A stretch of DNA of 64,000 nt. Source: Eledone cirrhosa (Eukaryota). Under the pieces are notes generated by a model that saw nothing but the letters and a program-made list of their open reading frames with translations, had not been told where the DNA came from and searched no databases. The first letter of the stretch is position 1. The number at the start of each line of letters is the position of its first letter. Both the position numbers and the translations under genes were made by a program. Location of the stretch: the NCBI GenBank assembly GCA_964016885.1, contig OZ024741.1, positions 343,914,001 through 343,978,000 of the forward strand, written 5' to 3'. Below, piece after piece: positions 29,592-45,185 of this stretch.

Positions 29592-30133
29592 CAAACCTCC
29601 ATACATACACACACGTTGAACTTAAACCTCTAAGTATAACTTTAAAAACGTATAAATGTTAACATTTCTGGAAGCTTAAAGACGTAATTAAAATTCATTA
29701 GTGATCAAAAATAAAATACAGCGTTCAGTAACTGTAGATATTTTACGATCTGCCATACATTAATACACATATACTACTCACCAAAATCGAGTTCCATCTA
29801 TGCAACTAGAACATATCCGATTGGATCAATTTCTGAACTTTTTTCCCTATCTTGCTGTGGAATATAAAATCACATAGAGCATTAAAAATGTTCTTCGTAT
29901 TTGTATGGTTGTATTATCAACTTTTTTAAACACTTTTATACACACACAAACACACACACATATATATATATATATATATTTATATATATGAATGTATGTC
30001 TATATATATATATATATTTGTGTGTATATATATAAAATTACAAAATATGAGGATATAATAGACAAAAATATACCTATTTTTTCTTCAAAGTCCCGACTGT
30101 AGTTTCGCCGATATATATATACATATATGTGGC

Positions 30134-30174
<41 letters not shown>

Positions 30175-30176
<2 letters not shown>

Positions 30177-32855
30177 AAGATGAATATAAAATGAAAGTGC
30201 TTTTATAAAGGAATTTATTAGGTATTGACATATCTTTCTGTAACAGACGGAATACCTATGTATCGCTGCTTGCGTAATCATATAATGTTAGCAAGTATTC
30301 GATAGCAAATGTATAATCAGTTGTCACTTCTTCAGAGATATTGGATAAATTGGAAAAAATCAGAAAAATCAAAGTATTTATATTAGTTGTAAGAAAGGAA
30401 GAAGAGAAGGGATAGTATATGACAGGTGGCAATTCAATTTGCTGGTAAACAAGTATATAGAAGGTTTTTAATGAGAATACAATGAGTATATGGCTTATTT
30501 TATCTAAATAAGAATTTTTGGGAGTGCCTATTATAATCTATATTTGACCAAGGGACAGGACTGGTCGTTTGGTGTAGTAGTATTAATACAGTTATAAAGT
30601 GTCAAGTAAGGAAGAGAGAGATTTTCACTGATACTGTATACTAACAATGCTGGTAGCCTGCTGGTATATGCATTAGGAAATTGAAATAAGAAATCTCATT
30701 TTATCTATAGCAGTTTATATTAAATGGTAAATAATAGAAGAGTTCATAGAATTAAGACTAGTAGAGAATGTTAATATGTATTTTGACAATCAAACGGAGA
30801 TGGAGACAGGCGTTCAATCCTGGTAGTGTTTGTAATATGAAAATGTAGATTTCAAGCGATGGTTACAGTATAACGATCGCTCTATTTTGTTATTTAATAA
30901 AATATTTTTGGATTTCATAATACAAAATATTTCCATATTACACAATTTACAAAATTCCTATCCTGGATATTATGCAGGGGCATGAACTATTATATCCCAT
31001 TTTAGGTTAAATTGTTGGTTATTTTCGCGCAGCTGCCAAGCCTTGTCTGCGAGTGTTGTTACATAACACTGGTTTTCATGTTTTATCGAGTAACGATGTC
31101 TATAAAGGCGAGATTTGAAGGAGGCAGCTGTAGACCCCACATAGTACCACTTCTGGCTACCCGATTCGATAGTACATTTGTATATGATGTTGCGTTCAAG
31201 ACACTGATTGTTCAACGGACACATTCCTGGTTGAACACAGTTACAGTTATAATTATGCGTTGTTGTATTACCATGGCTGGGTTGATGAGGTTGCTTAGGC
31301 AGGACGGGATGTTGTTTTGTGATGTTATAGCCGATGTTTTCCGTGTATTGTTATGTGTTGGAAGGCGTTTATACAACCGTTTTGCGTTAAGCTTTTTTAT
31401 ATGTTGTTCAATATGAGGGGCGATTGAATATGAAAGTCGAATAGTGTTAGGGTTTAAGATTTTATTATATTTATGTGATGTTGGAAAATGTTTTTTAACT
31501 AATCGAAAGAATTGTGAGGGTAAATTGGTTTTAATAGAGTTGTTATAGACCGGGTTGTACCATATATACTCTTTACATCGCCTTCTGTTTGGTGGTGTGC
31601 GACTATTAGTGTGTCTATTGCGGTAGTGTATGTATGGTGGTGATTCTATGCTATTTCTACCTCTATGAGATTTATTTTAGGTGTTTTGGTGATCGTCGAC
31701 TCTATACTCTATATTATCTAGGTGTCCAGCCTTCCTAGAGTGCATCATCATAATATTCGGCATGTTCTTTGAAGGTTTGCTGGTTGGACGACAGGCGGGA
31801 GATTCTAAGGGAAATATTTCTAGGGATGGATTTAATTATAGAGGGTGGATGGTTAGAACCCGTATTTACATATTTAAGGTTCTCATTTAGTTTATGGAAA
31901 GGTTTAATTGTTTCTGTATTGAGATTCAAAGTAACATCAAGGAAATTAACCTCTTTGAGGTTATATTCAAACGTAATATTTAATCCTAGTTCCTTATAAA
32001 GCTTTCTAATATTTTTACGCATCCTTTCTAAATTCTGGTTATTCATATGCTTAACTAATAGGAGCGCATCGTCACGGTAGAGTCCACCGTGGCGATCCTT
32101 GCATTTTCCTTGTAGTCTGTGGGTGATATAAATTCCCACAAGATCAGTTACTTCCGCCGAATCATTGGAACCCATAGTTATATCAAAATTAGGTCTATCT
32201 TTGCGAACCCATTAGCTATTATCAAATTTAACAATAGTTTTCCTCGCTTCCATAATAATACTAATTTCATCATCCGTAAGGTCGGAGTTAGCCTTAGCGA
32301 ACGAAAGGGCTTCATGCAGAGTATCAGGTGAGATTGAGGTATAATACTCATCAATATCGAACTGAATAAATTTTGATTTCTTCTTATCAGTAATGCTATT
32401 AAACCATCTTATTGCCTCATGGGTGTTACCCCATAGTTTAATATCTACTTTAGCCTTAACTTGGGGGATAATTCTGTCTAATATATATTGGCTAATTTTG
32501 CTTGTATCAGATTTAGAGGGGCATATAAGTCTAATTTTAGAATCAGTATCGAACTTTACTTTATGGTCCTTCAGGTTGAAGGATGGTATAGCTGGTGTTA
32601 AGGGTTGCGTTCTATCGTCAATACAAAGTTTTTTTAACAATTTTACATGCCGAGTTGTTGATGTTTCTAAGTGTAGCTTCATTAGTTTTCTTGTATTTTT
32701 TATGCAATTCCTTACGGATGAAGTTATTGTAAGTGTCCACATCCATGGTATATACGTTTGATGTTTTGTCTGCTCTAACAATAATTCCATTGGCGTTTAT
32801 TAGATTATTGAGCAGTGCCGTGATGTCATTCTGTAGTTTATTGTTTTTCCGTTTT
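30175..32855 (-). mobile_element. Penelope-like element 3 (same clade as PLE2), 5'-truncated
   Basis: RT and GIY-YIG remnant, 3' UTR, degenerate long-stem-II HHR (30221-30340), AATAAA, and (TA)n on both sides. Confidence 0.9.
30850..32850 (-). pseudogene. PLE3 RT and GIY-YIG, disrupted
   Basis: ADKTSNVY; LKDHK; IRLICPSKSD; FIQFDIDEYYTSIS; MGSNDSAEVTDLVG; GGLYRDD; CPLNNQCLERNIIY...YVGST; CKLCNME. In-frame TAA at 32212. Confidence 0.92.
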
Positions 32856-33106
32856 GTATATATATATATATAAAGAGAGATATTTACGAATAGTTGCCGA
32901 CGACCGCCGAAACGTAAACACATTTTTAACGGCTGCATATCGAGGAAAGCGAACTTTATTTTTATTTACATTCGAACTTCCTGTCTGACAAACGCGTACT
33001 GAATAATCGGTTTATAACAATCTTTCTGTACCTTCGAAATGTACATAACGAAATTACGTGTTAGAATAAAATAATGTTGAATATGTTATACCGTATTTCT
33101 TTCTTC

Positions 33107-33219
<113 letters not shown>

Positions 33220-33385
33220 CGTATATAGTAGATGTATTTCTATTGTACAAATGGAAAATTGACGCAACAATTAATTATTAATATTGTATATATTCCTGTC
33301 ATCAGAGAACTGAGAAATCTTGAACGAATTATTGTCTGTACAATTGTACAATGGCATACGTCTTCATTTACCAGAATATTTACCG

Positions 33386-33417
<32 letters not shown>

Positions 33418-33645
33418 TGCTTACGCACGTGCACAAGTATAGCTCTTTTTACAAACCGTCTTTTTCTCCATTTCATGGAGATGCGCTCCATCATCCAATT
33501 TTCTAAAAAATAAAATATACACAAAACGCCAGCACTAACTCTTTTGCAGGATATGTCAACATGAATGAACCTGTTATTTTTATCTAAAGACATCTTTTCC
33601 AATTCCAACCCGCCCGTCCCCTCAATCTATTTTATTTCTCATTAT

Positions 33646-33682
33646 TTCTTCTGATGAAGGACTAGCGTCCGAAATATTAAAA
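33646..33682 (+). ncRNA. Minimal HHR core; second copy 36503-36537 on minus
   Basis: CTGATGA-a ggac tagc gtcc-GAAA-TATTA. Flanks 33420-33690 are homologous to 36495-36760 in opposite orientation. Confidence 0.6.
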
Positions 33683-33767
33683 CCCTCTGATATATATACA
33701 TATATATATATATACATATATGCATATATATATTTATATATATATATGTATGTATATATATATATAT

Positions 33768-34092
33768 ATACAAATATATTACACAAATAGAAGTGTGTTA
33801 CACAGTGAAATGTGTGTAAAGAGTTATTACAAGTGATTTTTACCGTTACTGTATAGAAAACTGCACATTTCTGTGGTGAAACGAACTTAATTCGTATCAG
33901 CAAACTTATAGTTATAAGGTTAGTAATTTAAAATCTACTTCAGAGATTTGATTCTGACTTAGGTTTTTTTTCTATTTAATTGCTAAACCTGTAGATATTG
34001 TTTTCTATACAGTAACGGTAAAAATCTCTTGTAATAATTCTTTACACACATTTCACTGTGTAACACACTTCTATTTGTGTAATATCTTTGTA
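33768..34092. repeat. Inverted repeat pair, ~95-bp arms
   Basis: 33768-33862 is approximately the reverse complement of 34000-34092. Confidence 0.85.
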
Positions 34093-34182
34093 TCTGAACT
34101 CAGAAGAAAATTCTCTATTCTTCTTTGAGCTAATATTATTATTATTACTGTGAACTGCAGAACGCTCTTATTTCCGATCCTA

Positions 34183-34274
<92 letters not shown>

Positions 34275-35053
34275 GGTAAACAGAAATAACAACACAATCG
34301 ATACAGTATATGGAAGGGATATATTAGGTTATGTGTGCTTGTGTATGTATGTATATGTGTTTGGATTATGTGTATCTACGTATCTACGTAAATATGTATA
34401 TATAAGTGTGTATGTGTATACATTTGTTTGTAATTCATTGAAATGTAGGCGACGCATATATTAAGTATATGTTATATGCATCAAAATCGAAGCCTCTAAA
34501 TGCAATAGCGCAGTGAATAGATATTTGTTATTACTAAAATATATAAAACTACTTTTTTGACCAAAGAAAAAAAATAATATGTGGTTTCATGTGTTCTAGG
34601 AAGTTCAGCTCGTGATAAACTAGTAATAGACGTCAGGGAAAAAATTATTGAATTTTTATTTAAATTACTCAAGTAGTTTTACTGACTTAAAACAGATCCG
34701 GTTTCACAAATATACTAGTAGGTGTTCAAAGTTATATTAAAATATATTATAGACACGTAATATATATTTGAGAATTCGAATCTATTTTCCGTCTGAAATT
34801 TTCAAATTTAACAACAAAAAATTATATTGTATAATTTTACAGTCTAACTCTTCCATTACCAGATTATTTTTTGCTGAAGATTCTAGGAAGATGAAACCAT
34901 TCGGGGGGTGGGGGGGTGGGGGTGTCAAATTTTTGATAATTGTTTGTTATATAGAATTTTTCGGCAATTTATGAAATCAAAAATTTCATTCAAATTGTTA
35001 TATGCAGCATTTATTTAATAGAAGCCTTCCCGTTATGTAAATGTATTATGTAA

Positions 35054-35170
<117 letters not shown>

Positions 35171-35266
35171 ACGACACAACATACATATATGTGTATCATA
35201 TTTCTATATATAAACCTATGTATATCTATCTATATCTGTATATACGTATATAAATATATAAATATA

Positions 35267-35343
<77 letters not shown>

Positions 35344-35440
35344 TCCTGTATTTCCTAATGTTTGTTGAGTGGGTTGGAAATTGGTCGGAGTATCTCTAAT
35401 AGCTTTCTCCGTTGATGTAATTATATATATATATATATAT

Positions 35441-35638
35441 ATAACGAAGCAGGAGTGGTAAGGAACCAGATGGACCATAACCCACCAAAGTACTCAATAC
35501 TTAAAGCAGTAGAGTTGGTAATAGGAAAATGTTTGACCTCGATGGCAGAGCTGAAGCCGATTCGATGGATATTTCTGGACAGTCCAGAAATAGCCGTCGA
35601 AACGGCTTGAGCTCTGCCGTCGGGGTCAAACATTTTCC

Positions 35639-35640
<2 letters not shown>
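35441..35640. mobile_element. Fold-back fragment of the PLE4 pseudo-LTR
   Basis: Homologous to 15690-15830; inverts at ~35581; embedded in (TA)n. Confidence 0.85.
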
Positions 35641-35721
<81 letters not shown>

Positions 35722-36228
35722 ATAAAGGCTATTCTGATTGGATATTGATCAATCCTATGTAAACATATTCTAAAAATATGCACACACTACATTTTGTTTT
35801 TAAATTGTATTTATTTACTACTAAGATTATCTATAATAGTTTTCTTCTTAATAATTATTTACTATAAAAATAGCATCATCATCATCATCATTATCATCAT
35901 CATCATCACCGCCATCATCATTTAATGTTTCATTTTCCATGCTAGTATGGGTTAAAAAATGTTTTAGGAAAATTTACCTTTTGCATCTACTTGTCTATTT
36001 TTGATATCAAACGTCTTCTTCGCCTAAAATTTCCATATTGAAAAAATAGAAACAAAAAAATAATAAAAACACCATTATATTGTATAAAGCAGCCGCTAAC
36101 TTTGATAACCAGTTTCTTTCCTGTTGAGCTTTCTAGAAAGGAAACCATTTTGTTTTGTTTTACTTTTGTTTTGTTACTTTTCTGTTACTTTTTCTATGAA
36201 AGAATAATATTATCTACATTATTCAGTC

Positions 36229-36300
<72 letters not shown>

Positions 36301-36782
36301 ATAAACAACACAATATAATTATTCCATTACCCAAGGTTTCACGAAGATGGGCGACCCCATCAGAGGGGCCCAAAGTCGTTAATCAAAAGTAAAATTAATA
36401 TATATATATGTGTATGTGTGTGTATGTAAAAGGTAAACAGAAATAACAACACAATCGGTACAGTATATGGAAGGAATATATTAAGTTAATGCAGGAAGAG
36501 GGGCTTAACCTTTCGGACGCTAGTCTTTCATCAGAAAAAAGAATGAGAAATAGGCTAGATTGAAGGGACAGGCGGGGTGGAATTGGAAAAAATGTCTTTA
36601 GAAAAAAATAACGGGTCCATTCATGTTGACATCTCTTGGAAAACTAATGATGTTGGCGTTTTCTGTATGATAGTATGATATACTTTTTAGAAAAGTTCGC
36701 GTCTACCTCAAATTGAAAAAAAAACGTTTTGTATAAATAACTGTACTTGTGCGCGTGCGTATGCGTGTGTGTGTGTGTCCGC

Positions 36783-36814
<32 letters not shown>

Positions 36815-37540
36815 GTGTGTGTTATTATACGTCCGCACAAAGCTAAGAAGATATGTGTGTATATGTAAGTAAAGGAGTGTGTGTGTGCTTGTAAGTACGA
36901 AGCTATGAACTAAAGTATGTTAATGTAAGGGTGTGTGTGTGTGTGTATACAGAGCTGTAAAGGGAAATTGTAGTGTTCATATTTTGTTGGTCTGTATTAG
37001 TTGTCCTGTATTAGTTGTAACGAGTCACCAGGAATCGAACTCATTAACAAAATGAGAGGGACAATTGTTTTAAAAAAGAGTTTTATAATGTAAATAAAAT
37101 ATATAAAGTATAACCGGTTTCGATATATTAGTCAAATCTATCTTATCGAATGTTGAGTATTACAATTAAAAAGAAAAAGAATTAAAAATTAATAATTAAA
37201 GATTTAAAATTAGGTGTTGAGGCAAGTTTTTTCCTCTTTCTTGTTGAGAAAGAGACTGGAGATTTCATTTTTCCAGTTTCCTATGCACACACATTTCTTC
37301 ACTTAGCCCACCCCAACTACATTTTAATCAAACTATATCCAGACCGTCGAGAATTGACCGAATGCAAACGTACCTACATCTACGCACTTGTTGTTGAAAC
37401 GGCAAAAGTTGAACCGTAGGCCAGAAAATCCTTATAATATATAAACACCCATGACTGTCTAAATGTTTATATAATCTATTGTAAATTATTTAACCCACCA
37501 CTAATAGATGAGCATAATATACAATGTATAATATAATCTC

Positions 37541-37604
<64 letters not shown>

Positions 37605-37811
37605 ATATATATATATATATATAAACATCCAATGCTATTATGTGAATAGTGTGTCAATTGGATCGATCGCAATCGATTAAGGCCTTGAGCTGATCATTTG
37701 TGAAACACGTGTTACGCGTGATTATGAATAAAATTTATTGTGCTTAATACATACCTGCATATGTACACCGACACACACACAAACACACACACACACACAC
37801 ACACGCATACG

Positions 37812-37948
<137 letters not shown>

Positions 37949-38147
37949 GTAAATATATACATATACATATAATTCAATTTAAGAAAGTTGGTTGATCAGA
38001 TAATCCAACAACATTTGTTGTAAACAGACGTAAACCCCTCTATGATTTGTATTCCTTAAAATGTTATCAATAAGGTGTCAACTGGGGTGTCGATATTATA
38101 GAGAAGAGAGACAGTTCTAAATGTACATCCTCTGTTTATTATATAAT

Positions 38148-38218
38148 CCTGTTACACGTATTTCGAAGATGTCAGAGTGGTTGCTTAATAACCCGTTGAC
38201 GCGTTCTCTTCAGACAGG
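38148..38218 (-). ncRNA. Type I HHR
   Basis: cctgt-CTGAAGA-gaacgcgtca...tgacatcttc-GAAA-T ACGT G-TA-acagg, followed by AATAAA. Confidence 0.82.
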
Positions 38219-38297
38219 TGGAAAGTTGTGTTTTTGTTTTTGATATATGATATATGTATATATATGTATATATTTCATGCAATTGACTTATGTTTCG

Positions 38298-38368
<71 letters not shown>

Positions 38369-38946
38369 CACCTCTATTATTTTAAATATATATATATATA
38401 TATACAAATAAATTATCGAGAATCGGAACCTCGGCCCACGAAATAACGAAACACAATCTTCGAAATCTGTGGCAAAGTGGTCAATAGTTTGGATAAACCA
38501 GAGCTATAACTAACGTTTAATACCAACACACTGAGACGATGCTTAAACAATCATTCGCACAGCCGAAAATACGACCAAGAAAATTCGGGTCAGACAAATA
38601 AAAATATATATGAATGAAAAATTTACCCGGACCCCCTGGAAAGATGGTAAATTCCAGCATTTGGGTTTCTGCGGCTCCTAAATCAGTTACCGTCAGCTTA
38701 AATAAAAAAATATCCGGCTTCTGGTAAGATGATGAACAAGGAAGCCACTTTTTCAACAGGCGTTTAGTTCAATAATACAAGGGAACCCGTTACTAAATCC
38801 ACGTGGCGACTAGCAAGGGAGGGAACCCCTATATTAGGCGAATGAATTCAGTGGTGTATATTATTGTAGAAATACAAAATATCACATATCGAATTAGAGT
38901 TCTCAACAGACGGGTTAAAATATATACACACAGACACATAAACTCA

Positions 38947-39022
<76 letters not shown>

Positions 39023-39565
39023 TGAGTTTATGTGTCTGTGTGTATATAGTTTGGTGTTTTGCATTGATATTTGTTTAACTCACGATTAATTCAAATTTTA
39101 ATGTAAGAGACGCAAGTCAAACACTGCATCACACCTACGTAAACAGGTACATGTATAACATATATAAAAAATGATGAACATATAGGCATATGTGAATAGG
39201 CATATGTACAATTGTACTCGCTACTTCAAACTAATTTAATCCTAACGAATAACATTCATAAGACATTGATTGGTGCAGTAAGAATCACAGTAACTAGCAG
39301 TCACTGATAACAGGGGGCGCAAGTTCTCCTACCCCGATGCGATGTCCAGAGATTCTGGTATTGAAATCCATGACTTGGCAACGGCAATGTACGACAGATC
39401 CACTTGGAGATCAATTGTAGAGTCGATTTCGGCAGAGGCCGCCGGATGAAGATGATGATGAAGAAGCACATATCGAAAGAATGACGCAATGGTATCGAAC
39501 CAGAGTGCATCAGGTTTGGTATTTCTAACCAGATAGCTATGCAAGTAATAAATATGCATTTCTTA

Positions 39566-39601
<36 letters not shown>

Positions 39602-39604
<3 letters not shown>

Positions 39605-40386
39605 ATAATAATAAAATTGAAGACTAAAATCCAAAGAGGGCTCGATAAGGAAAATATATATCAGATATATAAGAACCGTAGAGCAAATATTTATTAAAAT
39701 AACAGATTAAAGTTTAAGCAAAGAATCGCTGCTTTCACCCTTAACGGGATCTTCTGAAACTAACAAAGTCAATCTGTAAACGCAGAACTGGATATTTCAA
39801 AAAACGTTGCAACCGGAGGAAGACATACCCATGGTAAGGTTTTGCGTATGCTTGTGTATGTACGTATTTGTTTGCGTGTATGTATTTATTTGTTTCTATT
39901 ACTTCTGTATTGTATTTATTTACTTTGTTCTTAACTCTGTAGCGGAGATTCATTTGGTCTCCTAGTTAGAATTTTAGTCTACGATTTCTGCTATACCATT
40001 TACGTGGTTTTGTCTTTGCGTGCTATTGTTCTCCACGCTCCACATATGACTTATTATCTTCGTTTTTTCGTTCATCGCCAGAGAACGTCTCTATGCACCA
40101 CCTAAGAGAACATTAGTCTACGACCTCTTTTATACCATAAACGTGGTTTTGTGTTTGCGCGTAATTGTTTTTCACCGCTCCTATTAATGACGTATTATTC
40201 GTTTTTTCCCGTTCTTTGCCAGCGAACGTTACCACGAACCAAAGTATCGTCTTCCTGTCTTCCTCCGGTTGCAACGTTTTTTGAAATATCCAGTTCTGCG
40301 TTTACAGATTGACTTTGTTAGTTTCAGAAGATCCCGTTAAGGGTGAAAGCAGCGATTCTTTGCTTAAACTTGAATCTGTTATTTTA

Positions 40387-40392
<6 letters not shown>
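39602..40392. mobile_element. Inverted-arm element with CAGAAGA-core HHR in both arms
   Basis: 39690-39825 is the reverse complement of 40256-40392. HHRs at 39711-39761 (minus) and 40320-40370 (plus). Further fragments at 13580-13712, 40810-40880 and 41000-41058. Confidence 0.75.
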
Positions 40393-40439
<47 letters not shown>

Positions 40440-40452
<13 letters not shown>

Positions 40453-41051
40453 GAGGTGTCTGTGTGTCTGTTTCCCTAAAACTCGAGAAGTACCCAAACG
40501 GTTTTTTTCAAACTTTATACATGTAACTCGTATGACCCCAGAAGTGTTTTGAGCAAAACAAAATTCAAATGTTCAATGCCCTAGGGACCGCATTAGGCGA
40601 TTTAGCGATCTCTTTCTCTTTCCCTTAGTCTTTCTCTTTTTAGATAGATACATAGATATGACGTCGCGCCTTCATAATATCTGTCTGTATGCCTGACTGT
40701 CTGCATTACGTCATTATGATGCGATCAGTGTGTGTGTGTATATATATTCTTATGCCAGGGAACGTCTTCACGAACCAAAGTATCGTCTTCCTGTTTTCCA
40801 GATTGATTTTTTTTAGTTTAAGAAGATCCCGTTAAGGTTGAAAGCAGCGATTCTTTGCTTAAACATTAATATGTTATTTTAATATAGATATTCGTGTACA
40901 GATATTTTTCCATACACAAAAACAAAATATAAACAAACAAGGCCAAAGATTACATCAATTAGTCTTAGTGTATGTACTTCATACTGCTTTTAGGTAGAAT
41001 ATCCCGTTAAGGGTGAAAGCAGTGATTCTTTGCTTAAACTTTAGTCTGTTA

Positions 41052-41087
<36 letters not shown>

Positions 41088-41233
41088 TATATTTATGGAC
41101 AGATATTTTTGCATACACAATAACAAAATATAAACAAACGTATTTATTTCACGAGGTTCGATAAGGATAAATATATATCAAATATATAAGAACCCTCTCG
41201 CAAATCCCGAGCAACGCCGGGCCATTCTGCTAG
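40440..41233 (+). mobile_element. Non-autonomous Helitron-like element
   Basis: 5' TATATAAAA..GTCTGTGTGTCTG..AAACTC; 3' hairpin CCCGAGCAACGCCGGG followed by CTAG|T. The 5' TC is obscured by (TA)n. Confidence 0.65.
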
Positions 41234-41667
41234 TATATGTATATATTTACGTCTATGTACGTAAATGACACTTACATGGTGTTTGTGGACAGAATAAAAT
41301 ATTGTCAGGAAGTAAGCTACAAGACAAAAAGAAACACAGAAAGAGAGATGAAAGAGAGAGAGCGAGGGGGTGGGAGAAATAGAGGGGGAGAGGGGGGGGG
41401 GGGGTGTAAAGCAGACTGAAAGAGAAGGAGAAAATAAAACAGATGAATGACAAACCCACATTCAAAACATAAACATTCTGATTCACTATGTGTACATATA
41501 TATCGGAGTATGTGTGTGTGTATATGTGCGTGTGTGTGTATGTGTGTGTACGGGTGAGTGTGTGTGTATGTGTGTGTGTCTGTGTGCATGTATCTATCTA
41601 TCTCCCTCTCTATATATGTATATATATGTGTACAAATGTATGTGTATAAATGTATATAAACATATAA

Positions 41668-41703
<36 letters not shown>

Positions 41704-41729
41704 ATCTGTGCATTGTATAAATGAAAATA

Positions 41730-41782
<53 letters not shown>

Positions 41783-41865
41783 ACATATATGCATACATTA
41801 CATATAAATATATATATGTATATTTATATTCTATTACACATATAAATACATATATATATATATAC

Positions 41866-41937
<72 letters not shown>

Positions 41938-42126
41938 TAATGTCTATATATGTATATATTTACGCCTACATCTACATATACATACACTAATAAGACTTTG
42001 GGTGATATATTCAATGATATAGAAATATCGATATTTTATGAGTCGTTATATATATAAGACGTGATAAGTTATGAAGTGCCATATACACGAACACACACAT
42101 GTATATGTACATATATACACACACAC

Positions 42127-42157
<31 letters not shown>

Positions 42158-43112
42158 CAGAGAGAGAGACATAGATAGATATACATACATACATACATAC
42201 ATACATACATACATACATACATACATACATACATACATACATACATACATACAAATACAAATATAAATAAATATATATATATATATATATAAATGTATGT
42301 ATGTATGTATGTATGTATCTTTACACGTTTATTTAAGGTTACATGTATACATATATATATCCAGATATATTAATATATGTATATAAAATTGTGCATGTAT
42401 GTATATGTATGCGTGCGTTATATTAATTTTTTTTGTTATGTAAAACCACACCTTTATATATATACCTCTATATAAATATACCAATATATATAGATGCGTG
42501 TGTATATATGCATTCCTACATACATATACGTACATAGTTATACACTTTTCTCTGTTAGTATAGTGTGTATATGAGGGCGTATATGCGTGATTATATGCTT
42601 CTTTATGGGTGCGTATATGTGCGTATATGCTTTATGTGTGAGAGAGTTCTGCTATTGATTCAGTTGAAAGAGATAGGCTGGAATAATTTAACACCAGAAC
42701 AACCATTTCAGCTGGTGCATGAGGTTAAACACGGTTGCTTAGCAACCAGATCGATAATTCTTCTGACTTCACATGTACATAAACACATACACAGACATAT
42801 GCACCTCATAAACGCAAATAGATATCCGTGAATGGTTGTTCTTGCATATGTACATATATATAGATATGAAACATATTAATAAATATATACATATACATAT
42901 ATATTTGTCTATGAATATATATATTCATATTATATATATGTATGTATATATATATATGTGTGTGAGTGTGTGTGTGTGTGTTTATATAGATATACATTCA
43001 TATACATACATATATATGTATATATATATATATATACGCACATACATATACATATATATATATATGTATATATATATACAAACATATATATGTATATATA
43101 ATATATATATGC

Positions 43113-43182
<70 letters not shown>

Positions 43183-43799
43183 TATACATGTGTGTTGTGC
43201 TTTTGTGCGTGGACCACGGTTGAATATTCAGGAGAAACGTTCGGTCTTTTGCGTAAAAATTATTTAGATTTATCTTGATGAAGGTCTATATCTCGAAATG
43301 TAATTCGATGTCTTTTCCTATCTTCCTACACGCTTACTTGATTATCATTTCTGTACTTCTATTTTGTGGCTTTATTCTTTATTCAATACAAAATCTCCCA
43401 CGTGTACGGAAGGTTTTTATTTTCTATTATGCGTGTATAAATGTATATTTAATAACACGTACTTCTCGTCTCTGCCAATTTCCCTGGCCTTTTTTCACCT
43501 CTCGTCTGTCTTCCTTTTTCTTCCTCAAACCTCATCTCATCTTTTTTCTTCCCCTATCGTCTGATGTACTACTAACCTCCGAAACCTTAAGATGCTTTTC
43601 CAACTATGCATGGTATGATATGATATGGACCCGTAATTCCTGAGGAATCGTAGAGGCAGCATATTGATATACGGCGTTCCTAGGGCACCTTTTTAAAACA
43701 TGGTGTAGCCCATCTCCTCTTCAAGTGTGAATACAGCAGATTTCTTCCAGAGAAAGAGAGAAGGGGAGTGCGAAAGAAGTCTAAAGGAAGAATAGACAC

Positions 43800-44580
43800 C
43801 AATACTTGACCGGTACTTATTTTTCGACAATTAATCGATGAAAGACAAAGTTGACCTCGGCGGGATTTGAACTCAGAAAGCAGAGAGCCAGAATGAATAT
43901 TACAAAGCATTTTATCTGACGCCCTAATGACTCTGCCAATTCACCGCCTATGTATATATGTCTAAAAAAAAAAAGTCTAAAGTCTGTCTTAAGCTAGAAG
44001 GCTCATTTGGCTGGTGCTTATCCCGGTTTCATGGCATGAAGCGACTGAGAGTACAAGACTCCTCCCTGGACAGGACGCCAGTCCATCGCAGGGTTAAACC
44101 TCCAGCTATTGCTGGTACTCATTTTCAGCTGAGTATACTGGAGCAACGTGAAATGAAGTGTTTTGCTCAAGAACACAACACGCAGCCCAGGAATCGAGCC
44201 CACGACATTATGATCGTAAGTCCAACACCCTTACCACTAGGCCAGGTGCCTCCACTAACTTGTATATATTTATAGACTCATAAATCGTGGTGGAGTTGTT
44301 GGGGCACCAGAGTGACATACAGCGTGTCTGAGCCAGGTTTAAAGCTGGTGTAGCCCATCTCCTCCCCAGGTCTGAACAGCGTTTTTATAGTTATCAACTA
44401 TTATTTATCAGTAGAGGGTCGGACGTCATGCTTTGCAGCATAGAGTTACGGCCCTTTATGGTCTGAGTTCAAATCCCGCTGAGGTTAACTTTGCCTTTCA
44501 TCCTTACGGGGTCGATAAAATAAAGTACCAGTAATGCACTGGGATAATTACTGGCCTTGTGCCAAAAGTAGAAACAATTA
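43800..44580. mobile_element. SINE cluster: A (minus 43800-43950), B (minus 43975-44255), A (plus 44405-44580)
   Basis: Family motifs as in the other copies. Confidence 0.85.
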
Positions 44581-45059
44581 TTATATTTATCTTCATTGCG
44601 ACGACTATTATTTTATTGTATTGTCCTACTCTGCTCATTTTTAACTAACTGTGTAATGATCAATGGCATGGCCGAATATTAAACTAGTTAAGAACTTTAA
44701 TCCATCTCTTTATTTCTTTAGATATGCTCTGTGTTTACGTCTATCTTTCTGTATCTTTTTCATTAAAGTATCTCTCGTTTCTTCCAACTATTACTATATA
44801 AATACATTGGGCTCTATGTAATACGATTTGGCACTTATATACTTTCTTATATAACTCTCTACATACACACAGAGTTATATAGCCTTACTCTTATATATAT
44901 ACATATGCAGTCAAGTTTGTAGGATAACATTAGTGCATATGATAATTGTATCGATATCAATCAACAACGGGTTCGATCATAATGTTTGGAGCTCGACTCT
45001 GCCTCATCTCATCAAATATGCGTTAATAAGCGCAATAATTATATATATATATATATTTA

Positions 45060-45113
<54 letters not shown>

Positions 45114-45185
45114 AAACAGTTCTAGTCCAGTAGAAGCCATTTCTATATTAAATATGCGTATGTATATATATATATATATATATAT

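Noticed and set aside
32890-32920. Further HHR-like motifs here and near 5608, 36325, 37110, 43560, 58435 and 62745
   Set aside because: Multiple core changes or missing stems; plausible relics but not supportable individually.
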